From NCBI GenBank assembly GCA_964035575.1, contig OZ037848.1, positions 62,001 through 126,000 on the forward strand: 64,000 nt of DNA, read 5' to 3'. The notes under the pieces were generated by a model that saw nothing but the letters and a program-made list of their open reading frames with translations, did no database searches and had not been told where the DNA came from. Both the position numbers and the translations under genes were made by a program. Source of the DNA: Rhynchopus sp. YZ270_cl-10 (lineage: Eukaryota). Shown one piece after another: positions 12,979 through 24,877 of the stretch (the first letter of the stretch is position 1; each line of letters opens with the position of its first letter).

Positions 12979-14382
12979 CAGTGTGACACAGAATTAATGG
13001 CCGATGAAGACATTTTATAAAAAAACGGCAAATTTTGACAAGGACATATTCAAAACACCCCCAAAACATAAAATATTTACGCCCAGGAACACAATAAAAG
13101 CAAAAATATAATGGTTAAGGGTAAAGTGAACACTGAGGCCACGAGGGAAGGGTTGCGCCTACAGGCAGCGTCGCTAGTCGTTGTTGGCGGTAAGAGCCAT
13201 GATGAGGTGGCGGAGTTGCTGAACGTTGCGAAGAGGAGTTTGGGTAGGTGGGTGAAGGAGTACCGCGCTGGAGAGCGGAATTTTTCGGACAAGCCAGGGA
13301 GGGGACGCAAGAGATCGGCCACCACCGACACCGTTAAGAATAGGGTGGTTAGACACATGCGGGGCAAGCGGTTTCAGTCTTGCAGGAAAGTAGCGTCGCG
13401 ACTACAGATTTCGAGGGAGAGTGTCCGCAGGTGCCTGAAGGAGAAGGGGCTGAAGCCCGTTCAAACGAAGAGCAAACCAAAGCTCTCGGAAAAGAACATC
13501 ACTGCCCGGATAGAGTTTGCTGAAACGCATCGAAACACCGACTGGTCAAAGGTGATGTTCACCGATGAAAAAGACTTTTGGCTTTTTTCTCGGGTGAGCA
13601 AGAAGAACGATGTTGTCTGGGTTGCAGATGGTGATGAGCCGCCCCCAACCGTTGATAAGGTCAGGGCTACGCAGAAGGTTCACGTCTGGGGAGGAATCAC
13701 CACCAGAGGTAAGACGAAGCTCTATTTCTATGACGGTGCTCTCAATGCAGAGAAGTACCGTACGCTCGTCTTACAGAAAGCGCTCAAAGAAATAAAAGAA
13801 CTCCTGCCTGACAGTAGCTACACGTTTCAGCAGGATGGGGCACCCTGCCACACTGCGAACGTTACTCAAGCATTCCTCTCCTCCCAACCTTTCTCGTTCC
13901 TCCCTAAAGCTGACTGGCCAGGCAACTCCCCTGATCTCAATCCTATTGAGAACCTGTGGGCCAAGCTGCAGACTGCAGTCAACGAACGGGAGCCCAAAGA
14001 CGTGTCAGCACTTAAACGTGCCATCAACAAGGAATGGTCCAAGATGGACAATAGCTTCGTTGCACGTTACATCATGTCAATGCCACGACGCCTAGACGCA
14101 GTTCGCAATTCCAACGGAATGCACACAAAATACTAATGCATGCTCTATTTATTTTTGTGCACCCACTCGTTTGTACTGCTACACTGTATTTTTTTTTTTT
14201 ACACATACACCCTTTTTTACCAAAAAGGGATATTTCCATGTTAATATTTTCCCCACACACACACTTTTCATACACGGCCAGTTGAAAATGCAATGAAATG
14301 AGTCAAATTTTGCCTATTTTTTAGAATAATATAACAATTTTTACAAAATGTCGTCATCGGCCATTAATTCTGTGTCACACTG
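12979..14382 (+). mobile_element. Full-length Tc1/mariner DNA transposon, 1404 bp
   Basis: TIR cagtgtgacacagaattaatggccgatga (29 bp perfect, ~45 bp with 2 mismatches). TA TSD at 12977-78 and 14383-84. Encloses an intact transposase. Confidence 0.97.
13111..14136 (+). CDS. Tc1-like transposase, DD37E (341 aa)
   Basis: Two HTH regions with a GRGRK linker, VMFTDEK, FQQDGAPCH and WPGNSPDLNPIENLW. 37 residues lie between the second D and the E. Confidence 0.95.
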   Translation: MVKGKVNTEATREGLRLQAASLVVVGGKSHDEVAELLNVAKRSLGRWVKEYRAGERNFSDKPGRGRKRSATTDTVKNRVVRHMRGKRFQSCRKVASRLQISRESVRRCLKEKGLKPVQTKSKPKLSEKNITARIEFAETHRNTDWSKVMFTDEKDFWLFSRVSKKNDVVWVADGDEPPPTVDKVRATQKVHVWGGITTRGKTKLYFYDGALNAEKYRTLVLQKALKEIKELLPDSSYTFQQDGAPCHTANVTQAFLSSQPFSFLPKADWPGNSPDLNPIENLWAKLQTAVNEREPKDVSALKRAINKEWSKMDNSFVARYIMSMPRRLDAVRNSNGMHTKY

Positions 14383-17300
14383 TAGAGGGGACGTAAAAAC
14401 GTAAAAGATGAAACACATCTTTTTTGAGGGGAAAAAGGCAAAAAAAAAAGGGGGTGAAGTTGATAGTGCAAACGCCTCTGGGACGCAGGCACTAACACTC
14501 CACGAAAATGGCAACAAGGAAGTGGGGGGGAAAGAAAAGTTGGCAAAGATGGGTTTTAAAGCACCTCTCGTACTTTGTCACAAAAAAAAGGGGGGAGTTG
14601 AAAGTGCAAACGCCTCATTCAGCGGCGGACGCAGGCACTGGCAAAAAAAATAAAACAATAAAAAAGGTAAGATGAACCTAAACCCTCGCGTGCTTAGCCA
14701 CCTAAAAAGTGGGGAGGAAAACAAATAACCGACAATAAAAAATGGCGGTTTTATTGTGAATCAGAAACAAGTCAACCAAAAGCTTTTGGTCACTTCTTCC
14801 TGTGGGGGTTGCCCTGTGTGTGGCGCAGGCGCGTCACCCAAAAAAAAAATATCAATATCACACGAAATCAGTGGGGGGTTTTATTGTCGGCCTCGGGGCC
14901 CAGCGGGCATTTTTCAGAGAAAATCACGTAACCGAAACAACGAACAAAAGGTGTCGAGAACTAGAGACTGTCTTGAGGTGCACCGCAACCCCAACCAGGC
15001 AAGCCCGACGTAAGGCCAGCCTTTTTAGCACCATCTATAAGTAGTGTTGCCGTAAGAAAATACTACTTGTTTTTTTTTTGCCCAACAACATAAGTAGCTC
15101 ATTTACTCTACACATCAAAGGTAAAGCCTATAAGGGCGTTCTCTTGTACAAAGTTGACTTGAAATACAAAAGCCCTCTCGTGAACAGTGTGTACCTTGGT
15201 ACAATGACTGGCTGCACCGGGGGTGGACACCCCACCATGCAGTCCTACATCCATTTCGTGGTTTACATCTGATATGTCCCATACAAAAAAAATATTGAAA
15301 GATGAACATGCTTCCGTGCCTACATCTAAAAAAAGAGAGAAAAAAATGGACATAATAGTCTGTGGGGAACACTCCCCAGAAGGGCAACACCAAATCACCC
15401 ACAGGAATCCGGAGGATATACTATATCAGCCCATGGTATACAGGTTTTATAATAGTTTTCTTGAGAGTGTGTTTTTCAAAACAGTGAAGCCATGTCGTCG
15501 TGTTGAGCGGCAGCGCTAACACTGAATCCAACAGATTATCAAAAAAGAAAAGAAAAGAAAAACAGAAACTGGGCGTCAGTTTAATATATCGCACTCGGTG
15601 TGATCTTCGCCTTTAGCTGCTTTGTCTGCGCTTTCGGCACCAATGAAGGAACCTACTCACAGGGTGCCATTACCATCGTTGATAGAGCACAGGTCTTGAT
15701 GTAAGATGTTTGACCCACAGCCAACGCTATGACATTACGCCATCACGAAAACCCGTGGCACCGTACAAACCTGAGCTCTGAATCCAACTACGAGCTTTTT
15801 AACAGCAGCAGCATTAATATACGGCTATTGGTGTGGACACAACGGGAGAGTTTTCGCCGCACTCTTGACGTTTGACCAAAAAAAATTGTGATCTGAGCCG
15901 AAGGCTCTCGTGTTAGTCGCCAAAAATAAAAATCATGATGCAAAACTACTTCTGGGTGATGGGAGCAAAAAAAATGAAAAAAAAAATAGGGTGAGGGATG
16001 CGGGATTTTGTTTCTTTGCTTTTTAAAAAGGTAGAAAATAATGTGCCCCGTGCACACATCTACACACACACGTCTTTTAAAACTGGGGGGAGGAAAGGGT
16101 TCTCCTCACACATCTTATTGGAAAAAGATGAACCTAAGCCTCTTCTGACACGCAAAGAAACTAGAGAAAGTCAGCGTGCAATATTGAGAGATAGTCTTCA
16201 TCTGCGAGCAAGCTTGTATCCTTTTGGTACAGACGCACCTCGGGAAGCGAAAGGCCACAAAGATACTGGGGGAAAAAAAAACAGGACAACTTGAAAGAGC
16301 AACGTGCCTCTCATGCATGCCACCTTAAAAAAAGGGGGGAAATTAGTAAGGTGAACGTAAGACTCTCGTGCTTGGGTCACCTTTCTAAACAGCAATATGT
16401 TAATTCACATCACAACGCAGTCTATGTGCGTTGTCATGTGTACACACGGTTGCGTTTCCCGCCTCTTGTGAACAAAACACCTGTTGAAAAAAATTGAAAA
16501 AGTGTAAAAACTTCTCTGCCAAAATCACTGTAGCAGGTACCAAAAATGAAGTAAAAAAAAGGGGTGAATGGAAAAGGGATAAGGGGATCACAGGGCGTTT
16601 TGTTTTGAGCGAAGGGCGACAGAACGTAGAACCAACCCTTTATTCCCCTTGAGACAAACGAGGTGCCCCACTATGGGGGGGGCGATCCGTCTCAAAAAGA
16701 GAACGAGAACATGGGGGGTAAGCCTGCCCTTTTCATTAAAAAAAGGGAAACTGGATTCACACACTTTCAATTCAAGAGAGTGCAGCACATACGCCCGTTT
16801 TATTAAAAGAGAACAGTTGATGAAATGATACTAAGCCTCTCGTGCATGGCTTCATTAAAAATACAAACGTGAAGCCCCCTCCCCCCAAGGAAATGATCTG
16901 GAAATACGAAAAAAAAAAAAATGGCCAAATATTTTGTGTCTGCCTTCGAGCAAACTTTTTATTTTATTTTTGCGATTTTTTTTTTTTTGTTGTGTTTCCG
17001 ACACACAAATTACAAACATTCAGCCAGACTGTTTTTTTTTTTATTTGGAAAGAAAAGATTCACAAGATTATCTTAAGCCTCACTGTACTGTCACCTTGAT
17101 CACAATCGTGATCAAGGTAAAAGATCGGCAACCGAAGAGAGCGACATCACAAATCCTTCCAAAGCCTGCTTCTGGTCCATAAAATAAAAATTACACATAA
17201 AAAGCCAGACTCACTCGGAGGGATTTGTTAAGGGAGAGGGGGAGGAATTGCTTGCACAATCACAATCAGACACTCAAGACAAAAACCTATTTTTTTAAAA

Positions 17301-17848
17301 CCCACAAAAGCACGCGAAAACCCTGCTTTTAAAAGAAGAACAGCATTTTTCTTTAGAACTAAAAAAAACCTGAAAAAAACGAAAGGCTGGAACGAAGAAA
17401 AATATTTGAAACAGAGGAAGATCCTGACACTGCAGAGCGTGGCCACGTTACAGAAAACAAAAGGATGCACCTCATTGGTTTTGCACAAAAACACATCGTT
17501 TGAAGAAGTGGGTATTTAACATTAAAACCAAGAAGCCTCCCAGGGACTCAGCAAAACACAAAAAAAAAAGAGAAAAAAAAAAACAGCAAATCAACGTTGG
17601 GTGGAGAAGAGAGCTCAGAGACCCGATGTTGGGTCTAGAAGTCTTGTTTTGTACTCACTTTACACCTTCTGGTATAAAGATCTGTACTCGGCCGAAGCCT
17701 TTTTTTTTTGTGAAAACTTGATTTGTATTAGCGCAGACTCCCGAGGATGAGCTCCATATAATATACAGACAGCAAAGGTCTGACCACCACCCGAACCGAC
17801 TCCCCGACAACTTCCCACCCCCCCGCCCCCTCTTTGCTCTCTGTCCTT

Positions 17849-20800
17849 CTACTGCGCGAGCAACGGCTCTTCCCCGTCGTTCAGGCCCCCAGCCGGGGCG
17901 TGGTAGCTCTCCTCACCGGAGTCACTCTCGAGGTCCTCCGACTGGAAGTCTTCGCCTCTCCTGCTGCTACGCTTTTCACTGTGGAGGAAAGGGGTGTGGT
18001 GTTGGAAAAACATGGGGGGGATTGAAAAAGTTTGTTTCAACTTTGTTGTTTTTGTTTTTGTTTTTGTTACTCTGTTTCTTTTGTATTGCATTTCATTGTA
18101 GACCTGGGGGGGGGGGGGGGGGGTGAGGACATACAGGGAGGTCATCCAGGCCTGCTTCTCCCTGTCTCTGATCGCTGTGATCGCTGCTGCGGACATCAGG
18201 AGGTAAACGACGTTCGAGAGCACACCCGCGATCGCGAGGAAGAGGATTCCAATGTGCCAGACGCCCTTGGCACCAATGACATAGGGTTCCTGGTCGACAA
18301 TGCCCCATTGGCGCATCACCTCAATGCCGTCGGCAGCTCCGTCAAGTTTGTTGCCTGCAGCAAACACCTCGAGGTCGGACACGCTTGTCGTCATCATGAC
18401 AACAGCAATCACAAACACATCTGTCGAAGACCACGAAGACAGACACTCTGCAACGAAGTACAGACGCTTCTGCTCAGAAAGCTTGAGTGGCAGGAACCAA
18501 ATGCCCAGCCACACAACAAAGCTGAGGATGGGGATCACGATAACAACGAGGAAGATGCAGATGATCACAAACTGTAGACAGAGGTGTGTTGTGGGGTGGA
18601 TAAATGCCATATGCTTGCTGTCGTGCATACCGTGTTGATCGCCTTCGTCTCGGAGTCAGGTGCCTGGTCCACCCAGAAGCGGCACATCTCATAGAAAGTG
18701 TAGGAGCGTTCGATGCTCTGTTGGTTTTGTGTGATAAAAAATCATTTTCTACCTGATGTGGTATTTGGCCCAACGCTGCCAAACTCGGTTCAAAAGCAGG
18801 TGGGTGTTCTCTTAGAAGACACCTTTTTAGGTCGGTTGTTTGCATGCACAAAATGTGGCAAGAAAAAGGTTGCTAAGATGGTCGCGTCACTTCGCCACTA
18901 AAAGAACAGTCGAAACATACCTCATCCGGCGAGCCTTCAATAAAGACATTGATCAGCCCTTCGTTCTCTGTGCCCATGCTTGTCGTGACTGCGCCTGCAA
19001 TGAGCAGCCCGACACAACTCAGCAGCGACACAATCAAAAGGAACCGGGCACGCCACGCGATGGGGGCACGCTTCTCGCTCTTCTTCTTCTCCATCACACA
19101 CCACCTGAAGCACGTATGCTTTGTGTGCAAATGGGTGCGCATTGCCTCGCGCGTCGGGTCCTCAGCACCTTCATCAAACCACATCACCGTCGCGTACGAT
19201 CTGTCTGAAGACGCTGAAGCACCTCCCGCATGGCTCGCCTCCTCACGGATCTCCTTCTTCACAGACGCCACCACGTTTCTGTTGCTGAACATAATGACCT
19301 GCCCGACCAGGAGACCCAACCACTGCACAAACGCAAAGCAGTAGTACCCGTAGTAGTGGTCGATCTGCACGCGAAGTCTCAGCAGGTTTGTGTACCACAC
19401 TGGCGAATCGTTCCCAGGGTGCACATCGACGTTGACAAACGGCACCAACAGCAAGTTGATGTATGTAATCAGAAGCGACCACTTAGCCAGAAAATCGAGA
19501 ATACCGATCATGTACGTTCTCTTCCGGTGCGCAATCACAGTTGGGGGCAGGAAGAACAGCCAGAGCAGAGTCACGATACGGATCCATGCCCAACTGAACG
19601 AGAGGAACCCGATTCCGGCGCCCAGGAAAAACATGTTTGCGTCCCAAGCGTCCTTCATAAACTTCAGCGTTGTGTACTCGTAGTCGACAATGAGCTTAGT
19701 CTGCCCACCCATCCACAGGGTGTAGTCAATACCCACTGCGTTGTAGTAAAGGTCTGCAGACACCATCAGCCCCATCAGCACCACTAACGTCAGTGGAACA
19801 CCATAACGAATGTAGGCCGGCACGACAGGGTGCGCGAAGATCGACTCCCCCATGCGCAGTGTGTCCCACTTCGTTTCGCCCCCAAAGGTGGAACAGTCGT
19901 CGTCCGCAATTTCGCAGGCATGCTCAGCACCGTCCTCCTGGTGCATAAACTCATGCGTCTCTTCAGCCAAGGCGCGACGCAGTCTGTATGCAGTGAACAC
20001 AAAAATCAACCCAATCACAGTGAATGTGAACACCAAAAGGATCTTCCGCATGGTCTCCCCAGAGTCGAGCGTGGTGGTGTTGAACTTTTTGTACGGCGGG
20101 AGCGCCTCTCCGCAGACTGCCTCCTTTTGGATGTCGTCGAACTGCTTTGTTGCGTTGGCGGACTGCGGGAACGCGAAGAACTCAGCCAAACCGTTGTTAA
20201 AGTCCTGCGTGAGACGCTCCGAGGCTGCGTCTGCATTGTTGTCCAGCTTTTCGGCCCATGCCTTCAGCGCCTCTCCAGAGCAGGAGTGGCAGTGCACGGA
20301 GAACCCCACTTTGCCGATAGTAGCAGACGACACCGGCACCCTCATTGCTGCGTCCATATCAGAGTAGAGGCAGGTGGGCTGCGACAGAGTGTCTGTCAGC
20401 GTCGTTTCGAAGAGACGTTCCTTGTTGATCGTTGCGTCGATGTCCAGCTCAAGGTCAATCTCATTCAAATCCAAACGCATGGTCACGTCGTTGTCAATCG
20501 TGGAGCCTAAGCCGTCCCATTGGAAGTGCATGCGCAGAGAGATGGACAGACTCTGCGGGTTGCCACCTTGACGGAGATATGCGTTGACGTCGTCGAACGA
20601 AGCGAATTTGATGGTATTCGCGAGCTCCGTGCTGTCCGTCGCGTTGGGGACGAGAAGCTCCAGGTCCGAGAAGGAGTTGATGCCTGCGATCGTGATTTCG
20701 CTGATCTTCACCGCAATGTCTCCGATCTTCAAATCCTCTGGCGTGCCCTTCTGCACAATGTTCTTGCCGCTCGTCTCGATGACCTTGTTCAGAACAAATG

Positions 20801-22520
20801 CAGTACCGTTGAACTCCCCCGAAGAGTTGAAGTACGCAAACAGAAAGTTGTTGATGCTCATATCAGAGTGGAAGTTGTTGAAGATCGCATTGTTGCCGCC
20901 ATCAATCGCGCTGATCAAAAACGAATCATAAAAATCCACCGTCGCCTCAGACCTGGTACCGACGTACGGCGGGCACGGCTTGGGTGGGGCAGAGACAATC
21001 GACTGCAGCACTGAGTTGACCAACCCCTTGATCACACTGTCCGAAATCGCTGGGAACGCCTCCATGATATACCCGTTGTACATGTCCAGTGCAGAGATCG
21101 TCACGTTGTTGAGCAGCTCGCTGAACCCTCCGCTGTTGCCGGCAAATGGCTCGACCAAACGCATCTCCAAGTTGGGTGTCATCTTGGTCAGCCCAATGTT
21201 CAAATAGGTTACGTTAATCCCCTTCAACGTTCCTCCGATGCAAGCAGGAAGGGTTGATAGATTCATCAACGTTCCGACATCGGCGTTCAGCAGGGTCGAC
21301 CCGTTGATTCCAAGAACCAGGTTCAACGCAAACTCAAAATCGTCGACAGTCACACTGAAATCGACGTCCGACACAGTGCGCAACCCACCAATCATCAAAC
21401 GGTCCGGAATGTCAATCGAAAGCTTGAGGGACACACCGATCGTGGTGTCTCCCGTTGCCACCTTCAGACCTAGGGTATGGTTTGCCAGCACCTCTGCAAC
21501 GTCAAACACTGTGATAGTATCAAATCCAATCAACGTGAGACCCGCCACAGTCAGCCCCAGCTCTACCCCTTCGAAAAGCCCCTTCGAAATCGTCATAGGC
21601 GCGAGCGAGATGTTCAGAGGGTGGTAAATCTTATCCTTCGGAAGCAATATATCCACAAGCTGGTTGATCACCAAGGGCTGCGCCACAGCTTTGTTCAGAT
21701 CCGCACCAAAGAACCCGACGTTTTCCTCCTTATACGTATATTTCCCAGATCCAGGAACGTTAAACACATTTCTAAACACCTCAAGCCCAGTAATCAATCC
21801 GCTGTTGTTGAAATCCGCCGTATCTTCAAGCCCCTCGGTATCATCCTCACCAAACTGCGGGTCCGGGGACACCGGGTAGGGGAGGAGGTCCAGGTTGTGG
21901 AGTGCCTTTGAAATGTTCTCAAGCTTGCCGTCCAGAAGGAGTCCGATGGTTTCCTTTGCGACAAAGCAGGCGAGGGGCTCGATCGCACCTTTGATAATAA
22001 CCTCAGCGAAGTCCTTCCCGAGGACGCAGATGGTATCCCAGTAGAGTGCGTTGTGCCCTGGGTTGCCTTTGCAGTGGTGGAACTCTACGCCAAGTTTCTG
22101 TAGGTCGCAGGAACGGTCGTGGATGGCAGTAGGGGCAACGGTTTTGTTGGGGCTAGTCAAACCGAAGGTGACATTCAAGGTGAAGTCGGACAGCAGCATG
22201 GTCGCCCACCCCTGCGTGAGGAGGCCAACCTTCGCTTCAAAGAGCGCCGTCAAATCAGCGTCTACCTTGTCAATATAGAGAGCAATCTCGTACTCAGTGT
22301 CCGAGATCCGTGTACCGTTCACCGCAATATCGCCAACAGAGATGTTCCCCAACTTCCCATCATCAATAAGTCGAAACTCCGGATCACTAGAAAAGTTCAT
22401 CGGGGGGACACGAATGACCTGCCCTTCCATCATCTGGTTGAAAGTTGCGAAGGGTCCTGTATAGACACGGTCTGCAGAGAGGGTGGAGACAAGCGCACAT
22501 AGCGCTATCCCGGTCGCCAT
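17849..22520 (-). CDS. Large membrane protein with two PqiA-like domains and a long luminal N-terminal region (~1417 aa, 4 exons)
   Basis: Exons 22520-18921, 18717-18631, 18571-18135 and 17978-17849. GTATG..CAG introns keep the frame and match the paralogue's intron positions. PqiA-like motifs LAKWSLL and LSSWSSTDVFVIA. Confidence 0.8.
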
Positions 22521-23060
22521 TTTTAGATCTTTTTGTTTTGTGTCTTTTTGCGACTCTGGGTGACAGGGGGGAATGAGAGGGCTGAGGGGGGAAAGGGGGG
22601 TGATGAGAGAGAGTGGAGAAGTATTGGTGGAGAGTAGTTTATGAAGTACAAATTGTCAAAAATAAAAACTGTTATCTCAGGATGATCAAAAAACGAGAAC
22701 TTGTTCATTTAGGCAAATTGACCCCACCTGGCCGGACGGATTCCCAAAATGCAAATGCCGGTGTCTGGGAAAGAGCAACAAAGGAAGTCAGTAAGATGAT
22801 CAGCTTCACTAATGCAAATCAGCGGAAAAGAATAAGAAAAGGCTAGAGTTCCTTTAATCCACATCAACTGACTTCGCCTAAGTAGGCCCAAAGGCTTTTT
22901 CCCACTCAAACTGCTGTGGTGTACAGTTGCGCATCAAAACCTTTGGCACATTGGAACGTTCTTGACCTGCACGAACAGAACGTCTTTTTGTTTGTGAAAA
23001 CTTTGTTGTATTAGTGCAGACACCCGAGGATGTCCTCCAATACTCTTCATTGTTTGCTTT

Positions 23061-24389
23061 CTATAATTCCTCACGCACTTCTGCCTCCTTCTTCTTCAAC
23101 CCCATTACTTCCTCCGCTGTGACCGCACCCTCTGCACGCAGTATGCTTGCAAAGTGTGGGAACTGCTTTGCTCCATCCAGCACTGTTGCCCCATCAACCA
23201 CGCAGTTCACATCCGCACCCGCCTTGATGACGAGGTGTAGTACCTCTTGTAGGGTGCGGAGCTGTCTTTTCAGCTGTGCCGTCTCCTCCGCTGATAGGGT
23301 GCACAAATGGTAGATGTAGCCGCCAGATTCATCATACTCACGCTGCCAGAACGATGGTGAGAAGGCAAGAGGCATGTCACAAGCAAGCTTCAACCCTGCC
23401 TGCAACACAGCCTTCACTACTTCGAAGTACCGCTTCTTCAGTAATTCTTCCACCGCACCAGTCCCATCCAAACCAGCCTCAAAAAGCGCCGACCACATTG
23501 CCGGCGTGCGTTCTTGTAGCTGACCTTCATACCAAACCCTACCCAACTCCTTTGCCAGGATTGTCTTCACCTTGGCCCCCTTTGCTAATAGTGTTGGAAT
23601 CACCCCATTCGAGTAGAATATTTGTAAGCTCAAAAACCGATCGAGCCCATCCTGGGTGATGTGCTCACAAAGAAGATCGCAGACCTCCTCTGAGGCTGCC
23701 GATCCGAAGCAGTCGTCCTTGGGGATGACCCCTTTGTCAAGAATTTTTTTGCACGATTTTAGGTCCTGCGTTCTGACAAAGGAGGCGAGGAGCGCTTCAG
23801 TTGGTTCTTCCGTTGAAGATGCGAAGATGAGGTCCATGCAGGCTGCGGCTTGGGAGTAGGGTAGCACTGCAGTTTGCAGCACGGTGAAGAGACCGGTTTG
23901 GGGGACGGGGCCTGCTGCAAAGAGGAGTTTGGCGACGTCAAGCTTTGTCTTGCGAAGGCATTCATGAAACACATCCTCACCCGGCACCACCCCCACAGCA
24001 AGGATATGCTTGATTATCGCAGTTCTCTTCTCCAGCTGCCCCCCTCCAATCACCTCTGCCTTCAGCCTCCTCCCCAACCGTGCCACACCCCTCCCAGGCA
24101 CCCCAAGCTCACTCAGTGCCTGCAAGGCTTCGTATTTCTTCCCTGCACGCATCACCAGCTCACCCCCCATCTCTAGGTCAATCCCACTCAATGGTTCATC
24201 CATGTCCTCCAGCGGGCTTCCATCTTCAAGGGTAAGTATGCCATGGAGCAGTGCGGTGCTGTCGTCAGAGGAATCCCCAGCAGATGTGGTCAAAGCAGCG
24301 AGCGCCTGGTAGAGGTTGCGCACGCAGTCGTCGGGGGAGACTTCGATGATGGTGCGTTCGCCAGAGAGCAGCGTGATGGAGATGTCCAT
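23061..24389 (-). CDS. N-terminal ubiquitin-like + ankyrin-like repeat protein, copy 1 (442 aa)
   Basis: MDISITLLSGERTIIEV...LEDMDEPLSGIDL is Ubl-like. The C-terminal LIKAGADVNC..GATVLD is ankyrin-like. Confidence 0.75.
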   Translation of the reverse strand: MDISITLLSGERTIIEVSPDDCVRNLYQALAALTTSAGDSSDDSTALLHGILTLEDGSPLEDMDEPLSGIDLEMGGELVMRAGKKYEALQALSELGVPGRGVARLGRRLKAEVIGGGQLEKRTAIIKHILAVGVVPGEDVFHECLRKTKLDVAKLLFAAGPVPQTGLFTVLQTAVLPYSQAAACMDLIFASSTEEPTEALLASFVRTQDLKSCKKILDKGVIPKDDCFGSAASEEVCDLLCEHITQDGLDRFLSLQIFYSNGVIPTLLAKGAKVKTILAKELGRVWYEGQLQERTPAMWSALFEAGLDGTGAVEELLKKRYFEVVKAVLQAGLKLACDMPLAFSPSFWQREYDESGGYIYHLCTLSAEETAQLKRQLRTLQEVLHLVIKAGADVNCVVDGATVLDGAKQFPHFASILRAEGAVTAEEVMGLKKKEAEVREEL

Positions 24390-24877
24390 GCTAGGTAGGT
24401 GGGTGGAAGTGTATGTGGAAAAGCTGTATTGGGAGGTTTTGTGGGGGGGAACAAGTTGATGATGAGAGAGCGGAGCAGTATTGGTGGAGAGTAGTTTTTG
24501 AAGTAAAAATTGGCAAAAAAAAAAAAATGCAAAAAGTACAACTCTATTTTTTTCTCAACAAATAAAGCTGGAAAAGAGCAACAAAGGAAGTCGGTAAGAT
24601 GATTTGCCTCACTAATGCAAAGCAGCGGAAAAGAATAAAAAGGGCTAGAGTTCCTTTAATCCACATCAACTGACTTAGCCTAAGTAGGGGGGTCTATTCC
24701 CAAAGGCTTTTCACCCTCAAACTGCTGTGGTGTACAGTTGCGCGTCAAAACCTTTGGCAAATTGGAACGTTCTTGACGTGCACGAACAGAACGTCTTCTT
24801 TTTTTTGTTTGTGAAAACTTTGTTGTATTAGTGCAGACACCCGAGGATGTCCTCCAATACTCTTCATTGTTTGCTTT

